DNA of 64,000 nt from Promethearchaeota archaeon. Its GTDB lineage: Archaea; Asgardarchaeota; Lokiarchaeia; Sigyniarchaeales; SOKP01. The translations under genes and the position numbers were made by a program. Of this stretch, positions 60,292-64,000 are shown in pieces; positions within the stretch are counted from its first letter, which is position 1; each line of letters begins with the position of its first letter. The stretch covers positions 1-64,000 of the forward strand of contig JAEOTR010000053.1 in assembly GCA_016839705.1 (NCBI GenBank). The letters are read 5' to 3'. A model generated the notes under the pieces. It was not told the DNA's origin. It did not search any database and saw only the letters and a list, made by a program, of their open reading frames with translations.

Positions 60292-60762
60292 CTAATCAAA
60301 TCCAATCTTTAATTGCTTTAGTAATTTAATTAAAGAAATTGTTAATTGATATTCCTTTAATTCGTTAAACGGGACAAATCTGGCATCCAAGGCGTCAGTA
60401 TCAGGAATAGGTGCTTGAGTTTCGTCTCCCTCTATTTGTTCTACAAAAAAATTAAGGAGAACGTAATGATATTCGATTTTCATGTCGCTGTCATACATAA
60501 TTTTGTCGATAATTCCCGCTAATTTAGTAACTTTTACTTTAAAACCCGTCTCCTCAAATCCTTCTCTCTCAGCAGCTTTTTCAACTTCTTCTCCTAAATC
60601 TAGATGTCCTCCGGGGATTGACCAATATCCGGCATCGGGATTATATTTTCTTTTTACTAAAAGCAGATGTTTATCTCGAATTAGAAGGATGCCCACACCG
60701 ATGTGGGGGCGTATTGGATATTTTCTAGTATCAAAAGCAGTAAGTTTTTCCCTATCAACCAT
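60292..60762 (-). CDS. Nudix hydrolase (ADP-ribose pyrophosphatase-like)
   Basis: Nudix box GGHLDLGEEVEKAAEREGFEETG. Confidence 0.92.
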   Translation of the reverse strand: MVDREKLTAFDTRKYPIRPHIGVGILLIRDKHLLLVKRKYNPDAGYWSIPGGHLDLGEEVEKAAEREGFEETGFKVKVTKLAGIIDKIMYDSDMKIEYHYVLLNFFVEQIEGDETQAPIPDTDALDARFVPFNELKEYQLTISLIKLLKQLKIGFD

Positions 60763-60839
60763 AACTTTACATTTTACAATATACTTTAAGTAGTAATGGA
60801 ATGGAGAAATTATAAAGATTAATTATTTACTGAAATAAT

Positions 60840-61331
60840 ATGGTACGCCCTTGGTATTGGCCAAAAGAAGGACAACCTCATAGAACGCAACCATTTACAT
60901 GGATTATTAAAGGAAAAATGGCAGCTTCATGGTGGCCAGATCCGTCAGTATTCGAAATTTATCAAAGAGAAGGGATCAAAGTAATCATTAATTGTTCGGA
61001 ATTTGATAACCAACAGGATATTCCTAAGGGTTTCAAGTATTTCCATATCAATATACCAGACTATGGTACACCTACAGAAGTTCAGTTAAAAAGGTTCTTT
61101 AAGATAACTAGCGAGGGAAGCATCAAAAAAGATCCAATTGTAGTGCATTGCGTAGCTGGTTGCGGAAGGTCTGGGTTAATGATTGTAGCTTGGGCAGCTT
61201 ATAAAGGTTTTATACCTAAGGGAATAGATCCTGTAAAATGGATTCGAAAATTAAGAGCATGCTGTTTAGAAACAAAAGAACAGATGGAATTAGCTCGAAA
61301 AATCGTTAAAAAATATCAAAAATTACTATAA
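60840..61331 (+). CDS. Dual-specificity / Cys-based protein phosphatase
   Basis: IPDYGTP acid loop, VHCVAGCGRSG (CX5R), ET.EQ. Confidence 0.9.
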   Translation: MVRPWYWPKEGQPHRTQPFTWIIKGKMAASWWPDPSVFEIYQREGIKVIINCSEFDNQQDIPKGFKYFHINIPDYGTPTEVQLKRFFKITSEGSIKKDPIVVHCVAGCGRSGLMIVAWAAYKGFIPKGIDPVKWIRKLRACCLETKEQMELARKIVKKYQKLL

Positions 61332-61410
61332 TGCAAGATATTTAAGAATGTAATTTATTTTATAATTAAGAATATAATTTTCTTTAATGTAAAATTACAA
61401 TTAAAAATAG

Positions 61411-62586
61411 ATGCTTATGCAAAGATCAGACTATGTGTATATGATTGCCGATAATATAATGGTATATCAGATCTCACTTCCCTCAGAACTTGAAGGAAAT
61501 AGATTGCACGAGCATCTTAGCAAATTCGAAGAAAAATATTTAAAAATCATTGCGGGATTTGACAAAAACTTCTTAGAACATTTCTTAATCATATCAAAAG
61601 GTAAGAATCAAGAAGATCTTGCTGAAATTCTCAAAAAAATGGAAAAAATTTCTTTTATGATTGGACCTACAGGTAATTTAAACTATCTAAATTCCAACCA
61701 GATTCAATATATCCTCACAAAATTGGGGTCTCTAAAATTAAATGAAATTAAAGAAGCTAAAATTAGTAATATTGCTGATGAACAAATAGAAAAAGAATTT
61801 GGAACTCCTTATAGCACTTCTTCAGCATTAGAAAATCAACTCTCGAGTGCTGCTTTTTACCTTAGCTCGATAGGATATTCTCACCAAGATATTCAAGAAA
61901 AATTTGCTGAGGTGAAAGAAGATCCTTCAAAATTAGAAGCATTATTTACCCTACCTCCCAAGGAAATTTATAACATGCCTGATGAGGTACAACAGATGAG
62001 TCGTCCTCCAACAACAAGTCAACCACGCGTAAGCTCAAGTCAAGCTTCCACTACCATAGAAAACAGTCAAGCAACGCAGAATGCGATTGATCAGCATATC
62101 CAATCAATTCAACATGAAGTTACAGGAGAAAGAGCTAAAAAGGTTGAGGAAATTATACAAATGATTAGGGATCATGTTAAAGAAAATATGAAGGAGAATT
62201 ATGAGAGAGTATTTAGACAAATACACCCAGATAGATTAGATAAAGCATTGAAGATGCTCCAAACTACCAAACGAAAATCAAAAAGGCAGACTTTATTTTT
62301 AGAATGGTTTTTTTGTTCAACTTTATTATCTAAGATTGAACTCAAAGTAGAACACTGGCAAGTCTCTTCCCAAGCGGGTCATGGTACAACGGGAGTTTAT
62401 ACCGCGGGATTAAATTTTTCTCGTTATGACAATATCATCAGGGAGTTTCCTGACGCCAAATTATCTAAAGTTATTAATATATCAAGGAGAATATTACAAA
62501 ATCCAACGAAAAATGCAATTCAAAAACTTGGGCAAGATCTCATAGCAGAAACAGGTTTTGATGAGCATCTTTATTTCACAGATTAA
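61411..62586 (+). CDS. Hypothetical protein with S/T/Q-rich linker
   Basis: 391-aa ORF, no recognised motif. Confidence 0.8.
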   Translation: MLMQRSDYVYMIADNIMVYQISLPSELEGNRLHEHLSKFEEKYLKIIAGFDKNFLEHFLIISKGKNQEDLAEILKKMEKISFMIGPTGNLNYLNSNQIQYILTKLGSLKLNEIKEAKISNIADEQIEKEFGTPYSTSSALENQLSSAAFYLSSIGYSHQDIQEKFAEVKEDPSKLEALFTLPPKEIYNMPDEVQQMSRPPTTSQPRVSSSQASTTIENSQATQNAIDQHIQSIQHEVTGERAKKVEEIIQMIRDHVKENMKENYERVFRQIHPDRLDKALKMLQTTKRKSKRQTLFLEWFFCSTLLSKIELKVEHWQVSSQAGHGTTGVYTAGLNFSRYDNIIREFPDAKLSKVINISRRILQNPTKNAIQKLGQDLIAETGFDEHLYFTD

Positions 62587-62602
62587 TCTTTCATTAAAAA
62601 AA

Positions 62603-64000
62603 TTAAACCTCTTTCTTAAATACAGTTTTTCCTCTTATTATTGTTTCAAGTATTTGGATATTTCTTATTTCATCTTTTTTCACTTCAAGAGGATTCCTAT
62701 CTAAAATCACCAAATCAGCAAATTTTCCAACCGATATACTCCCTTTTATGTTTTCTTCGAATGCGGCATAGGCACCGTTAATAGTATATGTTCTTAATGC
62801 TTCTTCCATCGTTAAACATTGCTCTGGAATAAATCCATTCCGGGTGACTAAAGCATGAAGCCCTGAAATTATATCTGGATCTTCTATAGGGCTATCTGAG
62901 CTTGATGCCATTATTATTCCCGCATCAATAATAGATTTAAATGGATAGGTATATTTACATCGTTTTTTACCCAAGCGTCTTTCTAACCACGTATATTCTG
63001 AATTTATGAAAGGAGGCTGACATGCCAGAATTATATTGTATTTTTTAATATCTCTAATAACATCTTCAGTTAATAAAGACGCATGCTCAATTCGATGACG
63101 ATGATTTTCTTTTGGAGATTCTTCTAATAATCTTTTGTATAAATCAACCAAAACTCTATTACCTTTATCTCCAATTGCATGAATCCCAATTTGAAATCCC
63201 ATTTCATGTGCTACTTTCATTCTGTTAAACATTTCTTCTTCATCTACTACGGAAAATCCGGTCACATTTGGAGCATCAGAAAACGCTTCGTGCATTAGTG
63301 CAGTTTTCGCCCCAAAAGTACCATCAAAATATCCCTTCCAACAACGTGTTTTAAATTTACTATCTTCCTCATTACTATCTAAGGATTGTTCTTTCAATTC
63401 CATCAGTTTTGATGGATCAACTATGGAAATTAGTGAATACCAACTTTGAAGTACTTCATTTTGAATCATCTGATAGACCGGGATATCACGTTGAAGAGTG
63501 GTAACTCCATGAAAAGAGGTGATTCCTTTCATTGCCAGTGATTTAAATGCTTTTTCCGCAGTTTCTTGGAGGGTATCAGGATTAGGAATTAAATATTTAG
63601 AAATTGTAGAATAAATAATACCTAATGCATTTTCACTAATAACTCCAGTTAATTCTCCCTTTTCATTTTTTCTAATCTCACCACCCCGGGGAACCTTTGT
63701 TTCGGAATTAATCCCGACTAATTCTAGTGTTTTTGTGTTGGCAACCCCAATATGGCCGTCATACCTTAGGATAATAACAGGATTCTCAGGACAAGCAACA
63801 TCTAAGTCCCATCGTGTAGGTAATTTTGGAACATCAAACATTTCTTCCTTCAATTTGAATCCAAATATTAATTCTCCTTTTCCCCTTTTTTCAGCCGTTT
63901 TTTTTAAGAATTCTTGAAGTTCATCTAAACTTGTCATAGTAGAAAGATTTAGATTCATCAATATGAACATATAGGAGATTGGATGCATATGTGAATCTAT
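62603..64000 (-). CDS. YtcJ-like amidohydrolase family 3 protein, 5' end beyond window
   Basis: DSHMH at the window edge, R.DGH...ANT, HAIGD, RIEHAS, SSDSP, GKFADLVILD. Confidence 0.9.
   Translation of the reverse strand: MDSHMHPISYMFILMNLNLSTMTSLDELQEFLKKTAEKRGKGELIFGFKLKEEMFDVPKLPTRWDLDVACPENPVIILRYDGHIGVANTKTLELVGINSETKVPRGGEIRKNEKGELTGVISENALGIIYSTISKYLIPNPDTLQETAEKAFKSLAMKGITSFHGVTTLQRDIPVYQMIQNEVLQSWYSLISIVDPSKLMELKEQSLDSNEEDSKFKTRCWKGYFDGTFGAKTALMHEAFSDAPNVTGFSVVDEEEMFNRMKVAHEMGFQIGIHAIGDKGNRVLVDLYKRLLEESPKENHRHRIEHASLLTEDVIRDIKKYNIILACQPPFINSEYTWLERRLGKKRCKYTYPFKSIIDAGIIMASSSDSPIEDPDIISGLHALVTRNGFIPEQCLTMEEALRTYTINGAYAAFEENIKGSISVGKFADLVILDRNPLEVKKDEIRNIQILETIIRGKTVFKKEV

Overview
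An AT-rich archaeal chromosome segment, most likely from an Asgard archaeon of the Lokiarchaeia/Promethearchaeota type. This is inferred from gene content: archaeal histone, Sm protein, tungsten AORs, ADP-forming acyl-CoA synthetases, and eukaryotic-signature-like proteins (longin, roadblock-small GTPase fusions, RING-H2 protein). Most of the window is heterotrophic metabolism (MDR/SDR dehydrogenases, acyl-CoA ligases, CoA transferase, AOR/ADH, LpdA, thiC/thiD), plus a PerR-katA pair, one tRNA-Arg(CCT) and a decayed patchwork region at about 16.8-22.3 kb. Two loci stand out. (1) 25.7-30.2 kb: a stand-alone longin protein, a BBS2/ITFG2-like FG-GAP beta-propeller with tandem winged helices, and a cytoplasmic protein with a mu-homology-domain-like region, together a candidate proto-adaptor/coat locus. 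(2) 48.9-52.9 kb: two tandem paralogous roadblock + Rab-like GTPase + degenerate-GTPase proteins, both with a non-canonical G3 motif (DxGAQ), divergent from a RING-H2/TPR putative E3 ligase. All family calls are by-eye motif recognition; no searches were run.
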